Positions 1-11,576 of a stretch of 64,000 nucleotides of DNA are shown piece after piece (the first letter of the stretch is position 1; each line of letters opens with the position of its first letter). Below the pieces are notes generated by a model, which worked only from the letters and a program-made list of their open reading frames with translations, was not told where the DNA came from and did no database searches. The stretch lies in contig OX597831.1 of the NCBI GenBank assembly GCA_951406725.2, positions 8,308,001-8,372,000 of the forward strand. Reading direction: 5' to 3'. The position numbers and the translations under genes are program-made. The stretch is from Octopus vulgaris. Taxonomy: Eukaryota.

Positions 1-1
1 T

Positions 2-2869
2 GCTGACTTCATTACCGAATCGATGACATGTAACAGTCAAAACAACTCTGTATTTCCAACGAGTGGCGCTAACGAACAGCCATTTCCTGATCTTAAGCAT
101 GATGTGGAAGATTTATTGAACCAAACCAACACGTCCATTCCTTCTGAAGGGCCTGGGTCTGTAACTGTTACCACAGCTCTTAGTACTAATGAGTTTGTCT
201 CTGAAGTTAACTTCAAAGGTGCTACAACATCCATTTCACTGTTAAGTGAAGGCAACCATAAAATTAATGTTCATAACAACAACAACAACAGCAACAGTGA
301 TGCCTCTAATAACTCAACAATTAACCGTCCAATCGGGGATCTTCTCCTCAAAAAAAAAAACACATTTGTGATCCCTGATGCACAAGCTGTAGTTCGGAAA
401 GGGACCGAAGTAAAGCAAACTCGGTTCCCTGCAGTTGCACTCCTTCACCACAATCAACAACAACAACAACAACAGCAGCAGCAGCAGCAGTTACTGCAGC
501 AACCACAACATGTTTCTTCTGTGCAACCTACATCTTTATGTGACATGGCAGCTTTCCAAGTGTCTTCTTCTCAGGCACCAGAATTTGTGGCTCCTAATGT
601 TACTATAACGCAAAGGTGGCACACTATGAACTATGACAAAACTGGTTCTCACACCCCAGTGTCAGATAGTGGCTACAGCAGTGCAAGCCCTATACACAGT
701 ACTCCACCTGCTGTCTCGAATTCTTCATCAACTACAACTGACCCTTTGCTTAACAATATTATTACTGGTTTTGAATCTCGATCGTCGAGTTGTGAACCAC
801 CAACTCAAAGCCCTGTCACAGACCAACTTCTTCAACATTATACACCACTCATTCTTTCTCAGGGCTCAAACGGAAGCTCGGTGCCCAGTCCGACAAATCT
901 CCCACCCTCCCCAAAAACCTTTACTCCCATCCATGGAAGCTCATTAGGTACTAATACTTATGATCCACCTCCCATTCGTCCTACGGCCACTGTAGCCAGT
1001 AAAATTCTATCTCACCAATTACATTCTGTGACTGGCTCTTCAGCTTCCAAAGTTCAAGCCCCAGGGAGTAGTTCTCAGCAGCCAAATAAATTAAATAAAG
1101 AAAACAACAAAGAACTGCTGAATCTGTTGAAAGCCAAGAATCCCCCTTCCTACGAAAATGCCATTCGAATGCTAAATCAGAAAGCAGCACAAGGAATCGG
1201 CTCCTCGTATCAAAACCAAAGTCATAGCAGCTTATCCGGAACCAACGCTAGCCATGCGGAACAACAACAGCAGACAGCAGCAATAACTACAACAACATCG
1301 ACAGCAACAACAACAACTACTGTAACACCAACATCAATAGTGGCTGCAACAATGCCGAAAGCAAGAACGAAAACTCGCTCCAAATCCGTATCAAACAGTA
1401 ACTCTGGCAAGAGCAGAACCAGCCGAAGGCGTTCGACAAAAGATAGCAACCCAAGCAACAGTGTGGAGTCAGCGAAAAAGGCAAGTGCACCTCATTTAGT
1501 GAGATGCTTGTCTGATAACAGTGGTACCATGTCTAGCACAAATGAGACACAAGTTGAGGAGAACTTGAATGCAAAACCATCAGAAACAGAGTTGAAATCT
1601 TCAGGATCTGAGAACCATGAAGCTGGAAGTAAAGAACCTTTGGTAATGAAAAAGAGATTAGCTGTGTCAGCAGCATATCCTTTCTCTTATAAACTATCTC
1701 TATTGAAAGATCGCAGTGCGGTTGTCATACCAGTAGCTGCTGGGGACCATCCGACCGTCTCAGTAGAACATCCGGCCACCACCACTCAGGCCGAATTCAC
1801 TAAAATACCGTCGGTCAAGACAGCAAAAAGCAAAAACGAAGAAAGATTAAGCATCAGTCGGTCAAGCAAGTCTGGCCAAATCATCAAAAACTCTAAGTCC
1901 ACCTCTCGCAGCCAGTCTGTACCATTACAGAATGTAGATGCTGGCAAACCGAAACAAGGTGGAACCCACAAAAAGAAATCAACCCACATTTCAGATTTAC
2001 CAAATGTTAATTATATGGGAAACGCTCCAAATGTAGATTTGAGTCGGGTATTTTGGGAGAAAGTCCAGCCGACACAGAAGCCTAAAGCTCACAGAAAATG
2101 TGTATCAACCAATAGTGAAAGTGGTAGCAGTAATAGTGAGAGCAGCAGTAGTAGTAGTAGTGGTGGTGGTGGTACTGGCGCCACAAGTGGTGCTGGTGGT
2201 AGTGGTGGTAGCAGCACTGGGAAAGGAGGCAGTATCAGTGGTATGAATGAGAGCAACAACTGCAGTAAGGACAGTAGCAACTTGTTGATGAACGTAAGCA
2301 CGTCTAATAACTTCATAGGTAAAGGGAGCCAGATCCTCGAGACGGGTTCAACGGAAATAAACGCTGAGGATTTCCGGGCTAACCTCGACGTACTGTTGAA
2401 CATGCATTGCTTCCGGAGGGACTTCGAGCAAGGCGGTTCCCTATCGCTGGTCAGTGCAGACAGCCCTGTCACAGACCAACAACAACAGCCCCTGATCGTA
2501 TCATCTCAGGTTGCCCTTCAACTTGCTGGTTCAGTGTCGACTGTTATTACTACCACAACTACTACTGCTGCTGCTGCTACTACAACTGCTGCTGCTGCTT
2601 CTACTGCTACGACGACTAGTCCTACCGCTTCTAGTAACAACAACAACAACGGCAGCGGTAGCAGCAGCAGCAGCGACAGTGGCAGCAACGCTATCACTCA
2701 TAGTACAGTTTCTACGACCAATTCTCCCAGCACCATCACTACCACCACCACCACCACCAACAGTAACAGGAACACTACTATCTTGGAAGAACGACTCAGT
2801 TCTGGTGCTTACCAAGATAGGATGTTACAGTCTCAAACAGTAGCGTACTCTCCACACTCTATGCAGTAA
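2..2869 (+). CDS. Terminal coding exon (5'-truncated by the window) of a large low-complexity S/T/Q/N-rich protein; possibly the C-terminal region of an RFX7-like transcription factor
   Basis: The frame is open from base 2 (gct gac ttc att acc gaa tcg atg) to TAA at 2867-2869, giving >950 codons in AT-rich DNA. It contains polyQ, polyS/G and polyT/A tracts and no recognisable folded domain. RSQSVPL and FTPI recall vertebrate RFX7 C-terminal motifs, but this is weak recall. The ATG at 23 is probably internal. Confidence 0.85.
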   Translation, partial: ADFITESMTCNSQNNSVFPTSGANEQPFPDLKHDVEDLLNQTNTSIPSEGPGSVTVTTALSTNEFVSEVNFKGATTSISLLSEGNHKINVHNNNNNSNSDASNNSTINRPIGDLLLKKKNTFVIPDAQAVVRKGTEVKQTRFPAVALLHHNQQQQQQQQQQQQLLQQPQHVSSVQPTSLCDMAAFQVSSSQAPEFVAPNVTITQRWHTMNYDKTGSHTPVSDSGYSSASPIHSTPPAVSNSSSTTTDPLLNNIITGFESRSSSCEPPTQSPVTDQLLQHYTPLILSQGSNGSSVPSPTNLPPSPKTFTPIHGSSLGTNTYDPPPIRPTATVASKILSHQLHSVTGSSASKVQAPGSSSQQPNKLNKENNKELLNLLKAKNPPSYENAIRMLNQKAAQGIGSSYQNQSHSSLSGTNASHAEQQQQTAAITTTTSTATTTTTVTPTSIVAATMPKARTKTRSKSVSNSNSGKSRTSRRRSTKDSNPSNSVESAKKASAPHLVRCLSDNSGTMSSTNETQVEENLNAKPSETELKSSGSENHEAGSKEPLVMKKRLAVSAAYPFSYKLSLLKDRSAVVIPVAAGDHPTVSVEHPATTTQAEFTKIPSVKTAKSKNEERLSISRSSKSGQIIKNSKSTSRSQSVPLQNVDAGKPKQGGTHKKKSTHISDLPNVNYMGNAPNVDLSRVFWEKVQPTQKPKAHRKCVSTNSESGSSNSESSSSSSSGGGGTGATSGAGGSGGSSTGKGGSISGMNESNNCSKDSSNLLMNVSTSNNFIGKGSQILETGSTEINAEDFRANLDVLLNMHCFRRDFEQGGSLSLVSADSPVTDQQQQPLIVSSQVALQLAGSVSTVITTTTTTAAAATTTAAAASTATTTSPTASSNNNNNGSGSSSSSDSGSNAITHSTVSTTNSPSTITTTTTTTNSNRNTTILEERLSSGAYQDRMLQSQTVAYSPHSMQ

Positions 2870-2962
2870 ATTAAACGTTTAAAACAATCATACGACATAA
2901 ACACAGTTTTTCAACCGGACCCCCGCCCCCCCAACAACCCCCACCCTCCCCACCCGCAACAA

Positions 2963-2995
<33 letters not shown>

Positions 2996-3126
2996 GATAA
3001 TAATAATAATCCTGATAACGAGTCCCTGGTCCTTTCCTTTTCTTTCTTTAAAAAAAAAAAAACTGATGTATAAACTCAATATCTCTCCCATTTGTTTCAT
3101 TCTTTCAACCACAAACACACAAACAT

Positions 3127-3155
3127 TGTGTGTATGTATATACATGTGTGTGTAC

Positions 3156-3188
<33 letters not shown>

Positions 3189-3296
3189 GCTGTGTGTTTA
3201 TATGTATATATTTATTTATATGTATATGTGTGCGCATTTATACATGTATGTGTATATATACACGTGTGTATCTTTGTATATATACATATGTATTTA

Positions 3297-3364
<68 letters not shown>

Positions 3365-3562
3365 ACTATACACACACCCACACCAAATTTTATTTTTGCT
3401 TTCCAGTACACATGGTTAGATGGATATGTTACAGTCATATATTTTCCATAGTACCCATAGAGCTATGTGCAAAAACATTCACACACACACACACACACAC
3501 ACACGTTTTCTGATTTATACACTTGATTAGGTACATGTGTATATGTGTGTACATATATGCAC

Positions 3563-3594
<32 letters not shown>

Positions 3595-3622
3595 TTACAC
3601 ACACCACACTGTCTCTCTCTCT

Positions 3623-3673
<51 letters not shown>

Positions 3674-3703
3674 TGTATATGTATATATGTATATATATAT
3701 ATG

Positions 3704-3782
<79 letters not shown>

Positions 3783-4080
3783 ATGTATCTATGTATACAT
3801 ATTTTTATACACATGTATGCATATGTGTATATATATATATATGTAAATAAATGCAATTACACATGTATAAGCATATACATAGATATGTGCAAACGCACAC
3901 ATTTACACGTCTGTGTTTCTTTTTCTTTTTTTTTTTTTTTGTTTTTGGTGGGGGATATCTTTTCTTTTTCGATAAAATTACTGCTGAATTACAATTTCTA
4001 AAATAACACACATACATATACACACACACACACACATATGTATGCATATATATATATAAATACACATATATATATATATA
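3127..4080. repeat. Compound (TA)n/(TG)n/(CA)n microsatellite field
   Basis: Long dinucleotide runs are directly visible. They produce the YIYI/VCVC pseudo-ORFs. Confidence 0.95.
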
Positions 4081-5233
4081 TGAAAAGATGAAAGAAATAG
4101 CAAAAAGAAAGAAAAGTGAACTGAAACCCAAAAGAAATTCCAAAGGACTAAAGAAACGAAAAAAAGAAAAAAGAAAGAGCTCATCCCTCCTTTATTTGTT
4201 GTGTAAAAAAAAAGATAAAAGAAAAGAAAAGAAAAAAAACGGTCAACGATGAAATCTAGAATATATTGCAGCAACAGTGTGTATTGAACCTGCAATTGCT
4301 AAATAGTGACTGCTTCATTCTGTGGTTTGTACGTGCTTCCTTGTGCAGTCGCTAATTTTTTTTTTTTAATTTAAATTAACTCTTCTCTTTTTTTTCTTCC
4401 CCAAATGCAAATAATAAATACTACTCTGATTATTATTAATACTACTACTTCTACTACTACTACTACTATTACTATTATTATAAGCAAAGTGTCCCAGAGT
4501 CCTCCCTCCTTCACCTTCCTTCCCATCCTCTTCCCCATCTGTTTTTTTTTTTTTTTGGCTTTGTTTTTAATTATATTCTAGTCATGTTTTGGAATCTTTT
4601 TTTTTTTACCACATGGCTCTTGTTTTTTTTAATTTTCATTTTAATCTTTTATTTTTTTTTTGTGTTTTTATTTTTGGAAACTTTACTTTTCTTTTAGCTC
4701 TCCCCCGCCCCCCACAAACACCACCACTTTTTCCTGCCTCGCCCCCCACTCTGTCCCCTAACACTACCTGTCCACCCTTCCCAAATCTCAGCAATCAATC
4801 TTTTCCCTCGGCTTCTAGAAAAATGTTTCTCATTTCTGTCTGAAAAAAAAAAAAAAAAACTGTGATAACTTTTTATCTTTTAAAAAGAAGAAGAAGAAAC
4901 AAAGAAAAGAAACCTTAAACTTTTTCTAGCCAACTTCGACCAACTTTGAAAATCTCTGGAAGAAGAAGAAGAAGAAGAAGAAACAACCCCAAAATATGAA
5001 TAACAAAAAACACCACCCCTTCTTTGCTACTGCTGATGATAATATTGATGACGATGATGATGATGATGGAGACATGAAATGTTTGTATTTTTTGTGTGTG
5101 TTTTTTTTCCTCTCGACAAACCACAACAAAACTCATCGATGGTGTATATTACTTTATTTTTTGTTACGTTTAATTTTTGTGTTTTTTTTTTTATGATATT
5201 TGTTTCGAAGAAATAATAACAATAATAATGATG

Positions 5234-5265
<32 letters not shown>

Positions 5266-5409
5266 TAGCATTTATTTATTTATGCAAAAATTCAGATCCC
5301 TTTGAAAGAAAGTTCAACTTTGCCTTCCATCTCTCTCTCTCTCCCTCCCTTTCTGTTTTTTTTTTTTTTTATATTATATTTTTGCAAGGAAATTATTGAT
5401 ATTCTTAAA

Positions 5410-5803
5410 GATGGCAAACTTACGGAATCATTGGCATGGTGGACAAGATGCTTGCAAGCATTTCAACCAGCTTCACATCCCAGGTTCAAATTCCACCGAG
5501 GTCGACTTTACCTTTTCTTCTTTCAGGGTCAATGAAATCAGTACCAGTTCTGTATTGGGGGTCAATGTAATCGACTTCTCCCTTCCGCTAAAATGGCTGA
5601 CCCCCAGCAGTTTTAGCAAAGGGGGGGTTTAAGTCGATTACATTGACCCCTACTGTTCCATTGGGAGTTTATTTTATTGACCCAGAAAGGGGACAAAAGG
5701 CAAAGTCCAACTCAGCAGAATTTGAACTCAGAACGCAAACCTGGAGAAAATGCCTCTAAGCATTTTGTTTGACGCGCGAATGATTCTGGCTGCTCGCCAC
5801 CCA
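5410..5803. mobile_element. Two tRNA-derived Deu/Nin-domain-like SINEs arranged tail-to-tail
   Basis: The + copy (~5410-5600) has a B-box ggttcaaattcc and the core gaggtcgactttacc...agtaccag. The - copy (~5605-5803) shows aaggcaaagtc and gaatttgaactc on the + strand. Confidence 0.75.
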
Positions 5804-5838
<35 letters not shown>

Positions 5839-6755
5839 TAATAATAATAACATATATTTATTTATGCGAAAATACAGATCCCATTGGAACAAAGTCTGAC
5901 TTTGACTTCCATATCACCCTACCACCACCACCACCACCACCACCACAGTCTCCTTTTCTCTCTCTCTCTCCCTCTCTGTCTCTCTCTCTCTCTCCCTCTC
6001 TGTCTCTCTCTCTCTCTCAATAGAAAAAGAGAGATAAAGAGAGATTGATGGAATAAATATCCCAGATACATAAGAGAGAGGGAGAGAGAGACCAGGAGTC
6101 TTTTTTTTTTTTTTGATATCAATCAAGTTGAAGCCCACTTTCCTCCTCCCCTCCTCAACCCCCTATCTGACCCCTTACAAATTCCTGTGGCCCTCTGTGC
6201 CAATGTGAGATATCGCTATTTATTTATTTAAGAATCCAATTTTTTTTCTCTTCCCTCCCCATCCCTCCCCCTCTCCCTCATCTCATTTTATTTTTTTCTT
6301 AGTTTTTTTTTTTTTATACTTTTAAATGTGTTGCTTCTTTTTTTTCTCTTTTTTTTTTGTTTGTTTTCTTGTTTTTGATTTATTTTACTTTTTTCTGTAA
6401 ATACAAGAACATTTCAATGAATTTTTACTACAGCTATTTTGTTGTGTTTTCGTTGTTTTTTTTTTATGTTTTCTTTTGTCTGCTCTTATTTTCTCTGCTG
6501 CTTTACTTTTTTACTTAGGTGTTGGTATGTTTTTTTTTTGTTTTTGTTTTTTACTTATCTATTTGTCATTGTTTTGTTTTTCTTCTTTTCTAACTTTTAT
6601 TATTTTTTACTCAGCCTTCATCTCTTTTTTAAAACTTTGGAAAGTGCGGAAAGTGTTCCGTACCAATCTGATCATAATTTTTAGCTGCTAACCATTCTTG
6701 TTTACAAGCTTTTGACAAAGAGAAAGAACATGGATAGAAAACTTTAAAATCTTTT

Positions 6756-6761
6756 AATAAA
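6756..6761 (+). promoter_or_regulatory. Candidate polyadenylation signal
   Basis: AATAAA at the end of the UTR-like block, followed by a T-rich downstream stretch (tttggcattttcattcctt). Confidence 0.45.
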
Positions 6762-7174
6762 CTGTTATTTCACAGTTACATTTGGCATTTCATTCCTTCT
6801 GTTAACCATTCCGCCAAGGGACCACCCATCACAGCCATAAGGATCAATGACTACATCTCTCCAAAACAAAGATGGAGATTATCAGTTGAATTGAATCTGA
6901 AGACATCATGGACTACAAATATATTCATGGTCTTGGCTTATGGCCAGAAATTCCCACAAAATGTCTTCTTTGATCAACTGTCTCTGAACTCACTTTGCCT
7001 TTTGGAACCAACCTGGAAACTCAAGAACCATAAGAGAAGCAAGAGGGGAGGTAACTGACTCTATCCACTTCACTAAACTTGTCCCTTGAGCCAATGTTAC
7101 AAAAGTGTTGAGTCAAATGGAGACTCTCCAACGACAACAACAGCCTCTCTTAATTGAGAAATATCACAGGTGTT

Positions 7175-7550
7175 GGGCATGGGTGTGTAGTTAAGAAGCT
7201 TGATTAGCAAGCACATGGTTTCAGGTTCAATCTCACTGTGTGCCACTTTGGATGTTTTTCTATAATGGCTCCATGCTGACCAATGTCTTGCTTGTGAGTG
7301 AATTTCCTAGACGGAAACTGTGTGGAAGTTTGTCATACATGTGCGTTGTGTTTGTCTCCCACCACCACTTCACAACCGGTGTTGGTTTGTTTACATCTTC
7401 AGAATTTTGCAGTTGGGCAAAAAAGACCAATAGAACAAATACCAGATTTTAAAATGAAACCAGTAAGTACCGGGGGTCGATTTATTCAATGGGACCCTCA
7501 GAGGTTGTACTCCAGTATGGCCACAGTCCAGTGAGTGAAATAAGTTAAAA
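7175..7550 (+). mobile_element. tRNA-derived CORE-like SINE (abundant family; other copies near 14705-14970, 33995-34370, 36590-36925, 42085-42180, 47180-47525, 51560-51720)
   Basis: Head tgtgtagttaagaagcttg...ggttcaatc, body ggtgttggtttgtttacatc, tail ccagtatggccacagtcc. These motifs recur many times in the window. Confidence 0.7.
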
Positions 7551-9679
7551 AAAAATCATTCATCATCATTTGTTGTCATCATTATTTTATGTTTTCTGTT
7601 CCATCTTGGCAACTGTTGGCCAGGTTTCATGGCCAGGCACCCTTCCAGTCACCGGCCGCTTTAGGAATCCAGTCTCCCGATTCTAAAGCCAAGACATACC
7701 AGCAACTTTGACTTCACACGAAGAAGCATCTCCATTGTTACACACTTTACTCTCCCTCTCTCTCTCTCTCTCTCTCCCTCTCCCACTTTACTCTCCCTCT
7801 CTCTCTCTCTTTCTCTCTCCCCCTCTCCCTCTCCTTCAACATTTGATGCACAAACACAGAAATCTTTTATTCTTTTACTTGTTTCAGTCATTAGACTGTG
7901 GCCATGCTGGGGCAGCACCTTGAAGGATTTTTAGTCAAATGAATCGACCCCAGGACTTATTTTTGATAAAGCCTGCTACTTATTCTATCGTTCTCTTTTG
8001 CCGAACCACTAAGTTACAGAGACGTAAGCACACCAACACCATATATACATACATAAATATATAGACATACACACACTCACACACACACACTCACATACAC
8101 ACACACACATAATGGTCATTACGTGTTTCTCTTTATTGTGGTACATTTGACTTACAGCTGTTTCCATTTGTCATTATAGGTTTACTCAATTGGCCCATTG
8201 ATCGGTTGAGAAGAATCAAACAACCTAGAAAATTAATGTGTGTGTGTGTGTGTGTGCATGTCTCCCTCCACTACTTAACAATTGGTGTTGGTTTGTTTAT
8301 GTCCTTTTAACTTGGAGGGTTGGAAAAAGAGACTGATAGATTAAGTACCAGGCTTAAAGTACCAGACATGCCAATTGCTAAATGAAGACGGAACTTGTGA
8401 AAGTGGAAGATGTGGGATGAAGTGGTGAAGAATGACCTTCAGATGTTGCGTCTCATTCAGGAGATGAGAAGTTTGAGAATTTGTTCTTGTTGAGAAAACC
8501 TGTCCACTTTGCAAAAACGAGGCCTTACAAGCATGTCACCTATGCCTATAGCCCTGCACTCAATCTGTCCCTAAAGAACTGCCTCCTCTCCCATCATAAA
8601 ATTCATTCTCCTATCCTCCATCCCTGCCACAATTCATTTTTCTATCAACCACCTGTCAATTACTCTTCTAACTCTACAGCAACCCACTCAGCTGCTGGGA
8701 GTGGAATGCCCCATATTTCACTCCCTATTGCTCACCCTCCTTCAAACCCCTTTTTATGCCTGCTTCTTATCATCCCCTACTTTTTATCTCAGCTGAATGC
8801 TCCTTTTACCTCCCTTTCCCCTGTACACCCCCTCATTGTTCCAGTGGTAGCCCTCCTCCTCCTCTACTACCTCTGTCCACCACCCTCACTTCCCTCTGAC
8901 TTCACCCCAGCACTGTACATCTCTCTCACTTTGCTGCTACCTATTGCCTCCCGACTTCCTCTCCAACACATACTCATCATTGATCTTGCCTCCACCCATA
9001 TTCATTCCTCACTGCATCTCCCTCTATCCCCATCCATCTGCCACTCACTCACCCACCCATACCACTTCCCTTTATTCACCTTCTGGTAATTTGAGGGAAT
9101 ACCTAAACACGTCTGCACCACCATCCTCTCTCTCTCTCTCTCCAGCTGGAGTAACCACCAGGTACCTCCTCTACTGCAAGACACCTGTTTCTGTCCCTTT
9201 ATTCATGATTCAACCTCTCATCACCTGGTACAAAGCCACCTTCCCCAATATTCCTCCCTGTGCCCTCTTGAAGGGTCTTGTCATGCAGGCTACTTGGTGG
9301 CCTCACTTGTCCCTGGTTTGGTTAGGCTTGCTTCCCAACCACTTGGCTGGGTTCAGCCTCACCATGTGGCACCTTGGCCAAGCATCATCTGTTATAGCCC
9401 CCAATCAATCAAAGCCTTGCAAGTGAGTTTAGTTACTGGAAACTGAACGAAAACCATTCTGTGTGTGTGTGTTAAGTATCTTCTTGTTTTGACATCATGT
9501 GATTGTTGTCAAATGAGTGTTACAATAACACAAGCAATGTCCTTCCTTTCTAATCTTCCATGGAAAACATGTTTGCTCATCAGGAAATATCGCCTTGTTT
9601 GGAAGCAGGCGAGGGTTGATGACAGGAGGAGCATCCAGCTGTAGAAAATCTAACGATTTCCCTTCATAGCTGCACCACA

Positions 9680-10053
9680 TCTGCAATGTTTTTCTTCAGT
9701 TCTGCAAGTTATGGGTCTCCCAGAACGTTCATCAATATCAACATTTTTTAGGCCATCTTGGATACACCTGAACCACTCATACACTCCTCTCCATACACTT
9801 TCTGCAACTTTGTGTCCGGTCTCTGAGCAAGTATCGCCATGACAACTTCCTCTGTCTTGGTCAATGCGACGATCACACACTACACACCTTCCTACCAAGC
9901 ACTGCTGTAAACAGCAGAAGTGAGCTAGAATGTTGAAACTTAGTGTTCATGCACAGCAGAGTCCAAGGTCAATCTTTGCTAAGCATCTTCACTCTGTGTC
10001 CTTTAGCTTCATTACTATGGCAACTGTTCAGATACTTATTGATCAGATCTTGT
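9680..10053 (-). mobile_element. Mariner-like transposon 5' fragment (terminal repeat plus N-terminal transposase piece)
   Basis: The minus strand encodes VYEWFRCIQDGLKNVDIDERSGRP, matching the mariner HTH/GRP region. The terminus tacaagatctgatcaataagtatc resembles a mariner TIR. Confidence 0.7.
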
Positions 10054-10082
10054 ATGTATATATGTATACATACATACATATA

Positions 10083-10295
10083 AGGGCGGCGAGCTGGCAG
10101 AAACGTTAGCGCGCTGGGCGATATTTCGTCTGTCATTATGTTCTGAATTCAAATTCTGCTGAGGTTGACTTTGCCTTTCATCCTTTCGGGGTCGATAAAT
10201 TAAGTACCAGTTACGTACTGGAGTCGATCTAAACGACTTAATCCCTTTGTTTGTCTCCTCTATGTTTAGCCCCTTGTGGGCAATAAAGAAATAAG
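10083..10295 (+). mobile_element. Deu/Nin-domain-like tRNA SINE (other copies near 18970-19150, 31727-31880, 34910-35097, 36955-37160, 41410-41530, 44210-44850, 50755-50940, 56298-56500)
   Basis: Head ggcggcgagctggcagaaacgttagc, B-box gaattcaaattc, and core gactttgcctttcatcctttcggggtcgataaattaagtaccag, which resembles the DeuSINE/Nin central domain. Confidence 0.75.
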
Positions 10296-10544
10296 ATTCA
10301 GAGTAGATTTGCGGAGAGAGGACAAACCACTGAAGAGGTCAAGAGTAGCAACAAAAGGACTTTGATTAACAAACAACCGACTGATTGTTTTATCATTAAA
10401 CATTAAACAAATGATCGATTAGTCAGTTATATATTTAAAAGTCAGATAACCAATCATAAGCATCTTGAAAAATGGAGTCACTAATTCTAGAAAACCAGAG
10501 AAACAAAAACTGTAGATAAAACAAGGATATCTCTCTCTATATAT

Positions 10545-10579
<35 letters not shown>

Positions 10580-10582
<3 letters not shown>

Positions 10583-11220
10583 TTAAAATGAGGGTGAGAA
10601 ATTAGATGTTAATTTAATTAACATCGATTTCACACCAGTGGTCTAGCATAAAAAAACCCAAAGGTTCAGTAAAATTGTATTATATATATATGTATATAAA
10701 ATTTAAATAAGCAGAAAATGAAGAAATTCTTGATCAACAACAGATTGACTACCATCGATTATTATTTTTAAATACAAAACTTTATCCCATCTAACAGCTT
10801 CCAATACCCTGCTGCACTGCCAAAAGAAATTTGCTTTGGCAGCGCTGTAGGACATTGGAAGCAGAAATGGCTGTTAGATGGGGTAAAGTTTTGTATTAAA
10901 AAATAATCGATGGTAGTCAGTTTTGTTGATCAAGAATTTCTCCATTTACTGCTTAATTTAAATTTGATTCCTGATAAACTCTTGTCTATTTTTGTTGCCG
11001 CCTGTATCCTATGAGCATAGTGGACAGCTTATATGCTAATCATAGACGTCAAATCGCCATTAAATGGTGATTGGACGTCTGATTAGCATATAGGCTGTCC
11101 ACTTTTAGTGGTCAGTCCTAAATTTTGTATGTAACACAATTTTTAATCTTCGAATTTTTTAAAATATGCTAAGCCACTGGTTTTAATTGATTAATATCAG
11201 TTTCTACCCTTATTTAATTA
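10580..11220. repeat. Nested fold-back element: outer inverted repeats enclosing two internal palindromes, embedded in (TA)n
   Basis: Outer arms agggtgagaaatt...ccagtggtctagcata and tatgctaagccactgg...tttctaccct. Inner palindromes at 10699-10965 and 11019-11103. Confidence 0.85.
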
Positions 11221-11247
11221 TATAAATATATATATATATATGTACAT

Positions 11248-11545
11248 GAGGCTGCATGGCCCAATGCCCAGGATGTTACAATCATGGTGTAGTGATCATG
11301 GGTTTGATTCCAGGACCAAGCAGTATGTTCTGTTCTTGAGCAAAATACTTAAATTCAGTCCACTCAGCTGTAAACAGATCACCCTGCAATAGACTGGCCC
11401 TTCCGACCAGGAGCAATGTTGGCCTGCTTGCCTAGCCAGTGGGCCGGGGGGGGGTGTCATTTGAAAGCTAAAAATGATGCAAAAGTGCATTGTGACCAGT
11501 GATGAATAACAGCACCCAATTATCTAGTCAACCATATGATCATGT
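11248..11545 (+). mobile_element. Diverged tRNA-derived SINE (related copies near 25570-25880 and 30140-30390)
   Basis: tRNA-like head with B-box gggtttgattcc, followed by tgttcttgagcaaaatactt; this layout is shared with the other copies. Confidence 0.5.
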
Positions 11546-11576
11546 GATTATATATATATATCACTTTCAACTGTTA

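Larger units (their letters stand above)
2870..6785 (+). other. Probable long 3' UTR of the first gene
   Basis: Microsatellite- and T-tract-rich non-coding sequence follows the stop. AATAAA occurs at 6756-6761, after which composition shifts to decayed transposon sequence. Confidence 0.5.

Noticed and set aside
3066-4295. Many 100-150 aa ORFs rich in YI/VC (also 45219-46042)
   Set aside because: They are translations of (TA)n/(TG)n microsatellites, which lack stop codons by construction.
8481-9426. 202-aa and 160-aa ORFs
   Set aside because: They arise from a C/T-rich degenerate repeat that is depleted of stops. There is no domain or splice structure, and the first has a non-ATG start.
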